A stretch of DNA of 63,852 nucleotides, filler included, from Intoshia linei (taxonomy: Eukaryota; Animalia; Orthonectida), in NCBI GenBank assembly GCA_001642005.1. It is 9 parts of 9 records of this genome, joined end to end, with 100 filler letters (N's around TTAATTAATTAA, not from the genome) between each part and the next. Parts side by side here need not be neighbours in the genome. Positions count along the whole stretch, not along the records: positions 1 to 18,301 come from LWCA01000777.1; 8 more parts are not named here. The stretch is one strand, 5' to 3'. How positions within the stretch are numbered: position 1 is the stretch's first letter; every line of letters starts with the position of its first letter. Shown here piece by piece: positions 1-13,400 of the stretch. A model generated the notes under the pieces. The model was given only the letters and a program-made list of their open reading frames with translations. It did not search any database and was not told the origin of the DNA. A program made the translations under genes and the position numbers.

Positions 1-346
1 ATTATTTGTTCATATTAAATATACTTTTGATAAATTTAAGACATGTGTGCAGCACATTTCTAATATTTTCGTTAAATTCATTAATTTTCGTTAAATGAGA
101 TTTTGATTGTATTTGGAATTTTAGGCACTTGGTAGAGCTAATTACTGTTTTGACGAAGTAAGTAACTGACGAGCTAGTTCAGTGATGGCCATATGGTTAC
201 CGTGTGATTTAAAATTTGATGGATTATGATCTGTGAGTTAATTAAGCTGGCCACCACTGAGCTAATCACATCTAACAATTTATATTTTTAAATGCTTTGA
301 TTATGAATTATTTTATGAATGTAATTGTAGCTTATATATTTTTTAG

Positions 347-3300
347 TTTTAAACCTACATATAACTATTATCCGAGAGAATTTGACTTGGTTTTTACAAT
401 TCTTGCTATAATACACAATATAATGACAATTCTAGTTTTTATTGGATATTTAATTCTTAATCATCCTACTATAATTTTGCCCTACTTTATACTAAAAAGG
501 TAATGAAAATATTATATATTAAGGATATATGATTTATAATCATTTTATCTAACAAGTGGTGGATCGATTGTTCCGACATCTCCAGTAAATCCACATTTTA
601 ATTACAGTTTTTTCCGGTGTGTTAGTAAAATAAATTTCAACCTCCTAAACTCACATCTTACCAGTGAAAAAGCCATATTATCCTTTTTTTTGAAAATCAA
701 ACGAGTTCGAGAATTTAAAAAAATATATATTCTAATACGGATTTTAAAATCATATACATTATCATAATAATATGCAGGAATGATTTTAATTATTTCATAC
801 AAAAATGTTATAGTAAATTATAAATGTAACTTTATATATCGGAATATTTTATTTACACCCGTTTATATAGTTTTCATGTGCCCATGCACTGTGCCCATAT
901 TTTATATTTTCACTTATAATAATTTACTTTAAAGTAAAAAGTAATGTGATATGATGGTTCCACCTGAAACAAGTTTGGGGACCACTCTTTTAAAAGATTG
1001 ATAATAGAGAATAGTAGGATTGTTAAGTTAGATTTTCAAGGTGAATTTATTTTTTTGTATAATAAAAATATGCCCTCGGCAGAGCTAGGCGCTGTTTGTG
1101 CGTAGTACATAACAGTCAACCAAGTTATTATATATAATTATACTACATGAAGTCATCTCACAGACCTCATTTTCTCGGTTTTAGACACGCAGCTGGAATC
1201 ACTAGCTTTGTTAATAATTTTTTATAATTATTTATATTCCTTTAATTATAACTTTCCTAGACTTGGAATGGAAATACCACGTGTATCAAATTTGATTATT
1301 CCTGTATTTGGTTTTAAAACCTTGTGGTACATTGTAATTAATTTATTATCAATATTTTAATTTTATCTAGTTACTATTAATAATGTCTGCATTGGGTTCA
1401 ATATATTATGGATACTTCTTTTCTTTCCATCTTTTACACATGGCTCAATTTAACCAGTTAATAAAGAGATGTATCCAAGCGGTCACTAAAAATGGTAATT
1501 AAAACAAAATATGAGTGACTCATTTTATTACTATACATAGGTGATTCTCTATTATGGGTAACACTCTATGGAATTGTATTTTTATACATATATGCTCTCA
1601 TAACATTTGCGGTTTATCGTGAACTCAAAAAAGATGAAGATGAATTTTTTTGTAATACCATGTACGAGTGCATGCTTACAATGTTGCATTCTGGTCCTAT
1701 TAGTGGAGTTTTTGAAGTATTACTACTATAATATTTAACATTTTTAATTATACGTAAAAATTTTCACTAGTTTTTACAATCACCAATTATTCAACCATTT
1801 AATCAAAGATTTAACAAGGCATTGTTTGACATTATTTTTTTTATAATTATTACTACAATTGGTTTAAATATAGTATTTGGTATTATTGTAGACACATTCT
1901 CCGAACTAAGAGACAATAAGGTATCAAATAAATGAAACTATAAGGTTTGAGTCATTTATATTTATTCACTAGTGGCACGTTGATACTGATATGAAAGCGT
2001 CATGTTTTGTGTGCAGTAGACCCAGTTACGATTTTGAACAACATTCCACTGTAATTTGAAATAAATCTAATAAAAATTTCTGATTAATAATATTATACTT
2101 ACTTTTATTCATTAATGTTTATTAGGGGTTTCAATATCATGTGAATAAAGAACACAATCAATGGTCATATGTTTTCTTTTTTATCTATTTAAATGAAAAA
2201 ATTGAAAATGATTACACAGCTATTGAACGCTACGTTCATAATATGGTAATTTTTTTATCTTCATAGGCTATCCTCTATACTTTTTGGTTATTGATAAGTT
2301 ATGATCTCTAATCCTTACATATATAATATGCTTTGCAATATTTGTTTGTCTGTGTTTGTTACCGTTTATTTCAATAAATACCAGTCTTAAAATTTTATAA
2401 AGTCCACATTTCAATTACAGTTTTTCCGAGGGTGTTAGAAAAATATATTTCAACCTCCCAAACTCACATCTACGGGTCAAAAAGCCTAATTGTCCTTTTT
2501 TTTGAAAATCAAAAGAGTTTGAGAATTTATAAAAATATAAACTCCTTTATAGTCTGATGACATTTATAACAGTTTACCGATTCGCGTCGTCCCTGATTCA
2601 AATTATTCCGTTCGACCTGAGAATTTCGCACAGAATCCCACTGAGATCAAATTCTGATACATTTATTCAAAGCTAAATGGTCATACATTTTAATTTCTTC
2701 AACTGCACGACGATTTTTAATCTCACGTTTTAATTGATCACGTATTCTCTCTTTTTTATAAACGAATTTACAATAAGTAGTCAAATTGTTGAGTCTATCG
2801 ATATACCCCTCTATTGTTTCATTGCTACCTTGAAATGTATTCGTAAATTTGTCTATCGGAAATAGTTAATTTACGCCACCACAAAACTTCTTTCTTTATT
2901 AATACATTTCTGTTTATTAGAAATTTTTTGATCATCAGGCATTGTTAATAATAAAACATTTTCAAATCGCTGAATCCATACTTGTGGATCGTTATTGTAT
3001 TTTCCGGGTATATTATTATTAGTGGGTATTAGTGTATTATTGGATCGTTTTAACTTTGGAATTAATTTTTCCATTATTAATTATATTAAATTTGTAACGA
3101 TTACGGAAATGTTCGATGTAGGAGGATAATTAAAGAGCCTTTACAATAACAATAATTTAATATAAATTCTTTACACGTGTATAATAAATAAAATATAAAT
3201 TTATAAACTATCAATTGATCATTGTCACCACTATTGGGTGAATTGCAATTATATGAAATAAAATATTATCCATAGATACTGATATATAGAAAATCACTTG

Positions 3301-3486
3301 TTGAAGTTCTATTAAATGCCATTTTAGATTACGAACGATTCATTAGATTTTTTTCCATTAGGAAAATCTTTATGTTTTCAATCTGAACATATTGAACAAG
3401 GTCAAAGCCAGATTGACAGTATTAAAGAAGAAATTGCAAAACTTCAATCAAACCAGCTCAAGATTATGAAAGTTATGCAAATATAA
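347..3486 (+). CDS. ITPR: IP3 receptor/RyR-superfamily Ca2+ release channel, C-terminal transmembrane/pore region (5'-partial, paralog 1)
   Basis: GT-AG exons join in frame: 347-499, 1261-1333, 1371-1494, 1541-1716, 1771-1920, 1973-2050, 2126-2245, 3328-3486. The product includes FFSFHLLHMAQFNQLIKRCIQAVTKNG, S6 FDIIFFIIITTIGLNIVFGIIVDTFSELRDNK, the zinc-finger CFVC...FQYHVNKEHNQWSYVFFFIYL...DYTAIERYV and LDFFP, all IP3R hallmark motifs. It ends at TAA 3484-3486. Confidence 0.95.
2312..2540 (+). mobile_element. 5' portion of a non-autonomous Helitron-like repeat
   Basis: A|TCCTTACATATATAATATG start (TC after A), then TGTTTGTCTGTGTTTG. The same start occurs at 32151. The internal block AAAGTCCACATTTCAATTACAG...TTGAAAATCAA recurs wholly or partly at about 588-790, 32225-32270, 50600-50760, 58850-59000 and inverted near 55700-55830. 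Confidence 0.6.
2640..3074 (-). mobile_element. Degenerate Ty3/Gypsy gag remnant inside the last intron of ITPR paralog 1
   Basis: Minus-strand fragments DPQVWIQRFE and, in another frame, FQGSNETIEGYIDRLNNLTTYCKF...ERIRDQL are typical of retrotransposon Gag. Interrupted by stops and frameshifts. Confidence 0.7.
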
Positions 3487-3949
3487 ATATAGCATGTTTA
3501 TGTTTAATAAACATTGTTTATATAATAAAAATGTACTTGTTTTGAAACCGCTTCACAAACGGGTCTATGTTGAACCAGTATTCACGCTTAGTGCTTGCAA
3601 TTTATTGAGAAAAAAATTAACTCATACTGTTAGTAATACAATAAAAAATTTTAATTATGGAAAAACTATAAATGCTAACAATTTCAAAATTGTTAATAAT
3701 TTTGAAATAATGAAGGATTCTAATCTGGTATTAATTGGTTAACTTTAAAACCTTAAATAAAACACTAAATAAATAATACGTAGGAGAAAAATGCGATTTA
3801 TTTAACATTTGGTATCATCACAACTTCATATAAATAATTGCATAGGAATACGTCTACGATTAAAGTCATTTTTGAAATTGTAAAGATGTACATTAGAGTG
3901 TGACATTTTTCGAAAATTTTAGATTTCGATGGGCAATTAGCACTAATAG

Positions 3950-4232
3950 TGTATATTTTTAAAATAGAAAAACTAATTCGCAATCAAAAACATTTAACGC
4001 TATCTATTCGAGTTGCGTTTGTCATTTTAAATATCACTTTAAAAATATTATGGAGAAATTAAAACTGAACTTTATTTTAACGGAAATTGGCGTTTGAGCT
4101 TTTAAACGTGGTACCGACTTTATAATATTGTTCTCCATGTTGAATTGAATTGAATCCATGTTTAGTTATACAGTTGATTTTTTAAATTTGTTTCTAGCTC
4201 AATTTTTTTGGATTTTATTAACGATTTAATTA
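3950..4232. repeat. Dispersed repeat (second copy at about 23146-23405, fragment at about 6137-6200)
   Basis: Near-identical sequence GTGTATATTTTTAAAATAGAAAAACTAATTCGCAATCAAAAA...TTTTATTAACGATTTAATT at both sites. Confidence 0.85.
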
Positions 4233-4391
4233 TTTTTTTACTTTTTTAATGCTTAATTTGGTAAACTGTGGGCTAATTTTACAAAACGTAGTCGAGCCAC
4301 CGAAGAGGATTTTGGTACGGTAAGTTAGGCACGACTTATAAGTTATAACTAAGAAATAAATATAATTAATGATATATTTAAATAATACATA

Positions 4392-5057
4392 TTAGTTCAT
4401 CCTGATGTAATCATGGTGCTTCAAGTGTAGAATTGAATATTTTCCATATACGAGAATTGCATTGAATGGTTTTGTGACATAAGTAAAATAATTAAATATA
4501 TATACTAATGTGACCGCTTGTAATACAATTATTATGATATTCCTTTCTGTTAAACTACAGCTTAAGCAAAATTTTTCTGCAATTTCGGATATGAATAAAT
4601 GATATATCGCAATATTAAAATAATTTTTAAAATAAATTATCACACGTTTCGTTGTAGATCCATCCGTTTTATCGTAAATGGCTTTAGATGTCATAATCAA
4701 TACAGTACTTGCTATTATTCCAGGTACAAAAAATATTGAAACTATTTTTGTCCAAAAAAACATGTTTCTTTTGAGTCTAATTCCAATTGCAACACGTCTC
4801 GTCTTAGTTGTTCCCATTTTATATGTTTGGTAATTTATAAAATGTTCAATGATATTTACTGATATAAACGGTGCCAGAACCATTATACAAAAGAAAATTT
4901 TCGATTCGATATCACTAATCTTCCTAAACATATGTTTTGTAACAAAATCCACTGGAAATCCCATTATTATCATACTTTTATTCATATATGATAATTTTTT
5001 GGTGCATCCCACGCCAATCAAAAGTATTATTAAAGATATACATTTAAAATAATTCAT
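4392..5057 (-). CDS. Hypothetical intronless multi-pass membrane protein (221 aa)
   Basis: Uninterrupted ATG-to-TAA ORF of 666 nt in very AT-rich DNA. It has a hydrophobic N-terminus and about 4-5 further hydrophobic segments. No family recognised. Confidence 0.6.
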   Translation of the reverse strand: MNYFKCISLIILLIGVGCTKKLSYMNKSMIIMGFPVDFVTKHMFRKISDIESKIFFCIMVLAPFISVNIIEHFINYQTYKMGTTKTRRVAIGIRLKRNMFFWTKIVSIFFVPGIIASTVLIMTSKAIYDKTDGSTTKRVIIYFKNYFNIAIYHLFISEIAEKFCLSCSLTERNIIIIVLQAVTLVYIFNYFTYVTKPFNAILVYGKYSILHLKHHDYIRMN

Positions 5058-5309
5058 AAATAAAAATACACGTAATTAAAACTAATATTTACTTATACAT
5101 AATATTTATTAAAATTGTTACCTAAACTACATACATGTAGTTTGTATACTTAAACGTTTGGTTTGTTTGTTTAAACACTTTCTCAATTTTGAAAAAGCAT
5201 TATTGGTGATACCATGAGAAAGAGTTTACAGGAATATAAATATTAAATTTCAATAATTACATTAGTAAACTCTAATCCGAATAGGATGTTATTACCCTAA
5301 TCATTAGAG

Positions 5310-5995
5310 ATGTGGTTCCCAAAGTGGTCTACTGGAAATTATAGGTGGTCCACAAGAAAAATTTTAAATAAAATGAAAATAAACTTTTTTTTAACAATAA
5401 TATTAAATTAGAATATTTCTAAGTATCGATCACTTATTATTAATATTAGTGAACGTAAACATTATTTAACAAAATTGAAGTGAAAATTTACTAAATAACG
5501 TGGATAATTTTAAAGTGCGTTAAATTTAATCTATGTAACGATTTAACTTAGTTTTATTGTAGTTAACGGAACCGTACTTAGATAGCTCGTCGCCACTCCA
5601 AAAATGAAAAATGGCCCCTTAAAAAATTTTGTATCCGAATTATAATGTCATATAACCCTATCCACCTTTCTAAGACTCTTAAGTTAACATTTTAAATGTA
5701 ACACTCAAATTCGTTGATATTCAAGAATTATTGTAATCCTCAATTTAGTAAATTAAAGCCTCCATTTTAGAAAAAATTTCGTCGAGATCCCTCGGTGGAA
5801 AGATTTCGCATACCGTAGATGCGACACTGGTAGTTCACCATAAATATGTTTAAAATTAATAACTTAAAATAATAATAACTTAATAATAAAGTATTAAGGG
5901 AATTTTTATTATATTACAATATTAAAAAATTAAAGTGGTCCATATACTTTTTTTTTAACAAGTGGTCCATGGTGGGAAAAGTTTGGGAACCACTG
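5310..5995. mobile_element. hAT-type MITE
   Basis: Imperfect TIRs (ATGTGGTTCCCAAA / TTTGGGAACCACTG) flanked by an 8-bp TSD, CATTAGAG/CATTAGAA. Confidence 0.7.
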
Positions 5996-7454
5996 CATTA
6001 GAATGTAAAAATTTAAAAAAAATTTAATAATTTTAACGACGATTAGTTCAAAATCTGTTATTTATGTAATATTAAGAATAGTTCAAAAAAATATTTATAT
6101 ATATAAAAAATAATTAAAAATAGATATTGATGTGGGATTGTCATTTTAAATCTCTTATATAAAAATGTTACAGAAAAATTAAAACTGAACTTTATTCGAG
6201 TAAATAAATTTAAATAAATAAATGAAGATTTCAAATGATAGATGGTTTTAAAATGTTAAAAACACCCTGTATATCATTCAATCTTACTGAATTTATTCTC
6301 TCTAAAAATTAAAAAGATGGATGATAAAATAGTTTTTAAAATTTTTTACACAAATGCTATCAAAATAAAACTAAGTAGGAATGATTAACTTGAAATTAAA
6401 AGTTAATGTTAAAATCAAGTTTAGGAAGCACTCCTTTAATGGGTTGAATATAGTGAGTATAGAATTTTAAGTAGGATTTTATTATTAAATTTATTTTTTT
6501 AGTAGAATTGATAAAGTTCGCCATCAGCAGAGCTAGAATGCCGTTTGTACAAAATAGACAACATTCAAGCTACTTTTTAATATTACATAAATGAACGTAG
6601 TGATAAATAATTGTCTTTGATTTTTATATACGTGTGAAACCCTACTGTAAAGTGTAGAAAATTGATTGATACATTTTTTTAGATGCAAAATTATTATTTA
6701 CATATATGTGTTAATAACGACATAATGCAATTTATTAATCATAATGTAAATTTCATAAAATGACATTTGTTAACAGTTTTCAATGTAATCTAGTCAATAA
6801 ATCTTTATTTAAATACAACTGGATTAAATCACATAATCTGCACAAATTAGACAAATGTGTTATAATATTATTAATTGTGTAATACATCAAATGCTAATCA
6901 GTGTTAAATCTTACACAAAGGTGTTAATCCAATTAACGACAATAAATTTAAAATTACACACTAAATAAATCATAAAGCTTTATCAACTGTATATAAATTT
7001 GGGTTATGTACGATACTCTCGGTTATTAGCAGATACTCAATAATAACAAAAATATTAATCCTTGTAATTCAATACAATAAAACAATGTTGACTTTAACGT
7101 TAAACAAAAAGTAACTACAAATTTACTTGACACAAGTCTAGACAATTAGTTGAAATTTAAATAATAATAAAATTCCATTAGATACAAAATACCGGTGTTT
7201 AGGTATGTTTTTAGAAACAATCAAATAACCATTTATCTATTGTTAAATAATCATTGTTCCATAATTTATTCAAAAAGTATCTTGGATACTTTAAAATAAA
7301 CCACTTTTAAATCTACTACTATAAATACATGTATATTTTATTTAGAGTGCAATAATAATTAATGTTTGTAAGAAGTCTATAAACAAAATTTTAACGTACT
7401 GCTTAAAATTTACTTTATTATTATATAAATCATTTCAAAAAATTAATTCATCAA

Positions 7455-10400
7455 ATGTCTGAAAATTTACGCAGCGGTGATGTGATTTGTTTATACGTTG
7501 AAAAACAAAATGGCTACTTATTTAGTGCTCTTAATGGGTAATTATTTCATTCATTCATATTTTATTATTGTCGTATACACGTATTTCAATAGTGGTTTCA
7601 ATTTCGATTTATATTTATTTTAAAATTATTCTAAAAATATCATCATAGATTTGGTATCATTTATGATATTATTATACATATATTAGGGTTTTCCATTAAT
7701 TAAAAGATTGAAAAGTATATTTCAGTATCGTAATTATTGGTGATTCTAAGATTATTAAGAGTATCTCCCATATAAAAGCATAATTTTACAATTTAACTGG
7801 GCAACGAAGGTTCACTTTTTTTAAGAAAATTTTTTGAATTATGTTTATTTTCCAATAATTTTATTATTTTTGTTAACTAAAATGTCTTTTACACACACAA
7901 CACAATATTTTTAACATCAAGATTTTTATTCGTGAATTCTATATCTATATATAATATCTACCATAATTATAATAATAGCTAATATTCGAGTTACTCTCTT
8001 AGAATCACCAATATTTACAATACTGAAATATACTTTTCAATCATTTAAAAAAAATTGCCTTTTTGGGACACCCTAATATATGTATATTACATTTATCAAA
8101 TTTTAATATTAAATGATATATCGCAAAACCATTTTGTTGCTGTTCGTTGAAGTTGTTGATTGGGAATCACCTTATTATGTCATGCATATTACTAGGGATA
8201 ATGAGCAATTATTACAAATATTACATTATTTATAATTAGTTCTGCTAATAATGAAATTGTTCTTTTACCGAATTTATCCAGAGAAAAACCCAATGTTCCT
8301 GACATATCTGGTTAGATTAATTAAAAAATTTTATTCAAACTATTTTTAGCCATATCATTTAAAGTTTGCATAGTTAATAGATACAAAATTAACAAGAAAT
8401 TAAGAAAATTAGAAGAAAAAGTTTTAATTGAACCCAACAATATTGATCTTCAAGCCCAATTGATGGATTTAAAGGTTGATAATATTTTATGATATATTGA
8501 AATTCCTTAAAATAGGTGTCTTCTGAAGCTGAAAATAAAGACAATGCAAACGAACAAAAAAGACAATTTAATCGAAGTTTGTTATATGGCCAATCAATAC
8601 AATTGTTGCATGTCTTTTCTAGTAAATATTTGGCTAGTAATACTACAAAAACATCAAACACAGAATTAAGCAATATTAATGTAATTGATAAAATTTGTGA
8701 TATTAAATATATATACAATTTATATCATGGGTTCTTAACCTTTTTCCACTTAGGCTAAGTCTTAGCACCCCTTAATTCAATAAAATTCGATTTGGCACCC
8801 GAAAAATGTATTAAACTTAAATTCGAAAAAAATTAATAATATACCTACGGTAACAAAATATTGCTAGCTGAATTGGCTAACAATGACTTTAAATTTGTAT
8901 TAGAAAAAACCTTTGAACATAAAAAAACAGTTTGGTTTGTCCGATTTATACATTTATTTTAGTGTCGTTTAATATAAATTAATATTAACCGATTTCATTT
9001 TTTTGGATAAATGTTTAAAATCAAGAAATGTATCCACGTACAAAATGAGTTTTTCTAATAAAAAAAACTGGGGAGCCTAATATACTTATTAAAATATTTA
9101 ATATTTAAAAATGTTTAATTAATAGATAGATTTTAACTTAATTTTCGAAACTTTATTCAAGTTTAAAAAATATAGCTGTAAAATTATTTTTATTCAAAAA
9201 TTTTCTGGCACCTCAAAAATCTGTTTGGCACCCCAGGTTAATAACCCATAATTTATATTATAGATGTAAAAATTATATTCGTTAATAATAAATTTAAATA
9301 ATACAAGGTATATTTGACCGAACATAGCAGTAAACAATCAATCTTCAAAATAATGCCAAGATTCAAAGTTAAATCAGAAGGAGACTTGGTATTATATTAT
9401 TTTATTTAAATGTATTCGAATTTACTTGTTAACTTTAAATAAAATTATTATAAAGATTCAAGTTGAAGATCAAATTATATTGGAAAGTGTAAAATCGCCA
9501 GGTCAATTTTTGCACATTAGTGGAAATCCTTACAATAAACAGTTTATCTACCCTGGATCGTAAAGTATTCATTAATTTAATTTATTTCCATATAGATATG
9601 AATTAAACCAATCTGTTCAACAAACTGGTTTTACATTGTATATAAGAAGTGTTAATGATACATTGGATATTGAATGTTTTAGGGTAATTGAATTAATACA
9701 ATTAGAACATTAATAATTAAAATTTCTCATGTATACCTTACTTATATAAAATTAAGTATCTGTGGGTGTGTTACCTTTTAATTATAAAATAAAGAGTTGT
9801 AGAATTTACAAAAACCGAATTTCTAATATAGTTTGTCCGGAGTGATGTTTTATCATAATTTGTATTTTCAGAAATGGAGTCCTTCAGGGGTAAACCCCAA
9901 TTTACATTTAACACCTAAATGCATAACGTATTGTAGATCTACCAGTCAATTTCATTTGATGTATTTTATTATTGCAATCAAACTTATGGTAATAAAATGT
10001 ATGGCTGATTTTTTTATAATTATGGTTGAAATTTAAATTACAATGTATTAATCTATATGTAAAATTATTGAATTATAAAAATACAATACGTTATTATTTA
10101 TATTTTTTTATATTATTTATTTATATTAGCTAATTTATTAAATAACCTAATTATTCGGGTGTATATTTAAATACTTAAATTAATATACATAAAACCAACC
10201 CTAGAATTTAAAAATATATAAATTCTGGGACGGGTTTTTATATAATGTAACGTATATTATTATGGGAAGCATATTATATATTAATGATGTGAATATAAGG
10301 CGACAATCTACGCCTTACATTTGAACTAGTAAAATAAAATCACACTAAATATTAAAATTTTTTAATAATCTGAGATTTGATTATTAAAAAAAATTATTTA

Positions 10401-13400
10401 TTATTATTATTTTTTTTTATTTTATAGGTATTAATAGATATTTTATATAAAATATTAGAATTTTATTGCTCTATTTTTAGAAATCGCAAAAACCCTAAGG
10501 TTTAATAGTTATATTTATTTTTAATCATTTACACATTTTTATATAAATTCACCCTTTTTAAATTAATGAATACGATTTTAGGGTGGAGATGTAATACGAA
10601 TTTTTCATAAAGAAATTGAAGCAAATTTATGCTGTGAAGGGTTATTTGATGTGGAACAAACTGAAGATGGTAAATAAAATGATAACATTAAAAATAATAA
10701 ATTTATTAGTCCATTTCCGTTTCCGTGCAGCTGACCAAAAAAAACCTAGAACATTATTTCCGTCTACATCCGCAATAATATATTGGCAAATTTTATTTGC
10801 TGACACGACTATTCAAGGTATTTATACTTTCAATATAATTATTTGATTTTACAAATGAAATTTTTTAATGATGAAACAACAAATTTTGTCATAAATGCAA
10901 ATTAATTTTTTTTAACCTAAAATTAAAAATCATCATTTTTGATTATTTTTTTAATTGATAGTCACTTTTTATTAAGTTTTGAGATATTTCGCTATATTTT
11001 TTAATTTTATCATAATAACTAGGCGGTCCGATACATTGGACAGACAATATTCTAATTAAACACATGACTACTCGTAAATACCTTTGTATTGATTCATCCA
11101 ATAATATAATCTTGGTGGATAAATGTGAAGATAAAAATGCGTAAATATATATCATACCGTATTCGTTTCATATATATATTTTAGTATATTCAGATTATCA
11201 CCCGTTACAGCAGTAATTTTATTTTATTTTCAAAGTATAAAGTTTATTTAGGAAGGCGATATAGTTTTAAAATCAACTTTCTGTCGTATCAAACACAAAG
11301 AAACAAACAGTTGGCTCACTGCGTTAATCGGTTATTTAACTCATTGTTTTTATTTTTTTCCGTTTTATATATATCATTATAACGACTTCAATGTAGAAGA
11401 TTACACACGAAGGGATGCTGTCGTTTCAGTTGGAAATAGTAGTATGGCCATTTTGCCATGGACAAGTGCAAAATTGAGAAAAATAGGATTGTCTGTTGAC
11501 ATGCTTTATCACGATGCATACATTCTAGAACCGGTTGTAGATCGTGACTACAATAATTTTAAATATGTTGCTGGTAGCGCATCTATTTTAGTGAAATTGA
11601 GTGAAAATGTAAACTATATTATGTACGTATAACAACTAAAATAATATAAAACCGAATTCCCAATGATGATAGTCCCGATTCCTATTATATAAAAACAATG
11701 ATCGAAGATTAGCCTAAGAAAATTTGTTAATACTTCAGGAAATGTGCATTTTCTTGTATATTTCATGATCTATTAACCTGTGTCAAAAACTGTTTTTAGT
11801 CAATTTAAAGCACCATAGAAAGCCGTGTCTGTAATACATCTTAAAAATTTTAATTCTTATTCATTGGCTAATTTTGTTTGTTTGAATGAGAACACTGGTA
11901 AATACATGTATCTTGAAATTTAGTAGTTTTTTTAATGAAAACATTTTTATTTAGAAGAATGAAGGAATGATTCTTAAAGACAAGGATGCAGAAAAAATAA
12001 TTAAGGTTGTGACAATTACTATTTAGTTTAAATTAAATATATTCTAGATATTACGAGATTTACAATTATTTATGATAATTGATGGCAGTCCATGTAAATT
12101 AAGACAAAAATTAATACGAAACTTAAGAGTAAAATATATTACCAATTTATGACATTTCTAATAAATTTACCATTATATCACGTATAAATTATGTTATTAT
12201 AGGTAGTAGAAGTCTTGGTAAAAATTTTGCAATTCCCTATCCGAGGATCAGCAGATCAAATGTAATTATTAATCTAAAATAATAATTTAGATTATTACAC
12301 AATTATGGCTCTAATTTTTTTAATTTTTTTATCTAATACTAGGTATATGACTAACATTGCTGTTGAATGTTATTCCACCCTAAAGGAATATTTGAAAGGA
12401 AATAGTAGGAAAAATGAACTGTACATTTCAAAGCACATTCCATTTTTTGAGACACAAGTTCGAACAGAGGTAGGTTTCTAATTATCGTAAATATAATAAA
12501 CTTAAGGGAAAAATTGGTTTTCAAGTTGCTCAAATGGTTATGGAATTAATAAAAGATAATCGACAAATCGTGGACAGAATAAATAGACCTCAAATAGATG
12601 ATGTTATTTCTCTGTTAAAGACCAAAAAGGTGCGCAATATTTTATTTACGTCTTAATCGATTTATTAATAATATTCAAATATTTAGGATTATAGATATTT
12701 GGATATATTGGGAGTATTGTGCTTATGTGACGGTGTTTCAATTCGAGATAACCAGAATTACATAGCAGATAAGTGGTTAAAGGATAAAACCATGGTATAT
12801 AATTATTTTTTATACTATCTTGTTTTAATTTAACGTCTTGTATTGCATACAAATAGTAGCCATCCTTGTTCAGGGCGTAAATTTCTGTATACTGCATTGT
12901 TTTAAGAGTAAAAACTCGTCACTCCAATTCAAGAAGATATCATATTTTATTAACATTTAATAATAATAAACATCATGTTTTTAATAAAACATCAATATTG
13001 CATACAAAATATTATATACTTTTAGATATTTTAGTAAAAATTGAATTTAGGCTGAATTACAGCGAATAAAATTAATGTAGGCGTATCATACTATAAGCCA
13101 AAATTGATTTAACGTTAAATAACACCACACACAATTGGTGTAATCATGCCATATTATTAGCCAAAATTATAATAAAGTTTCAATTTTATTAATATTTAAC
13201 ATTTTACTATGAAAATAAAGTTTAATATAAACTTTTTACGAAAAATTTTAATGTTGAGTGGCCGGGTCCAAACTCAACCAATTCTAATAATTTTTTCAGG
13301 AAAGTGATCACCATCACCAATAGTCTTGATAGTGAAAAATACTTTTTGATCTTTGAATATGGTGATCACCCTATTGTGCACTGATATAAACACTATTGTG

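Noticed and set aside
180-259. 80-bp inverted-repeat element (CAGTGATGGCCA...TGGCCACCACTG); similar small hairpins at about 13284-13370 and 31390-31442
   Set aside because: Probably decayed mini-MITEs. TSD support is weak or absent and there is no evidence for an ncRNA.
8389-8718. Antisense ORFs over genes (also 4849-5052, 10943-11155, 12351-12533, 34362-34781, 39651-40073)
   Set aside because: They are shadows of real coding exons on the other strand and have no recognisable motifs.
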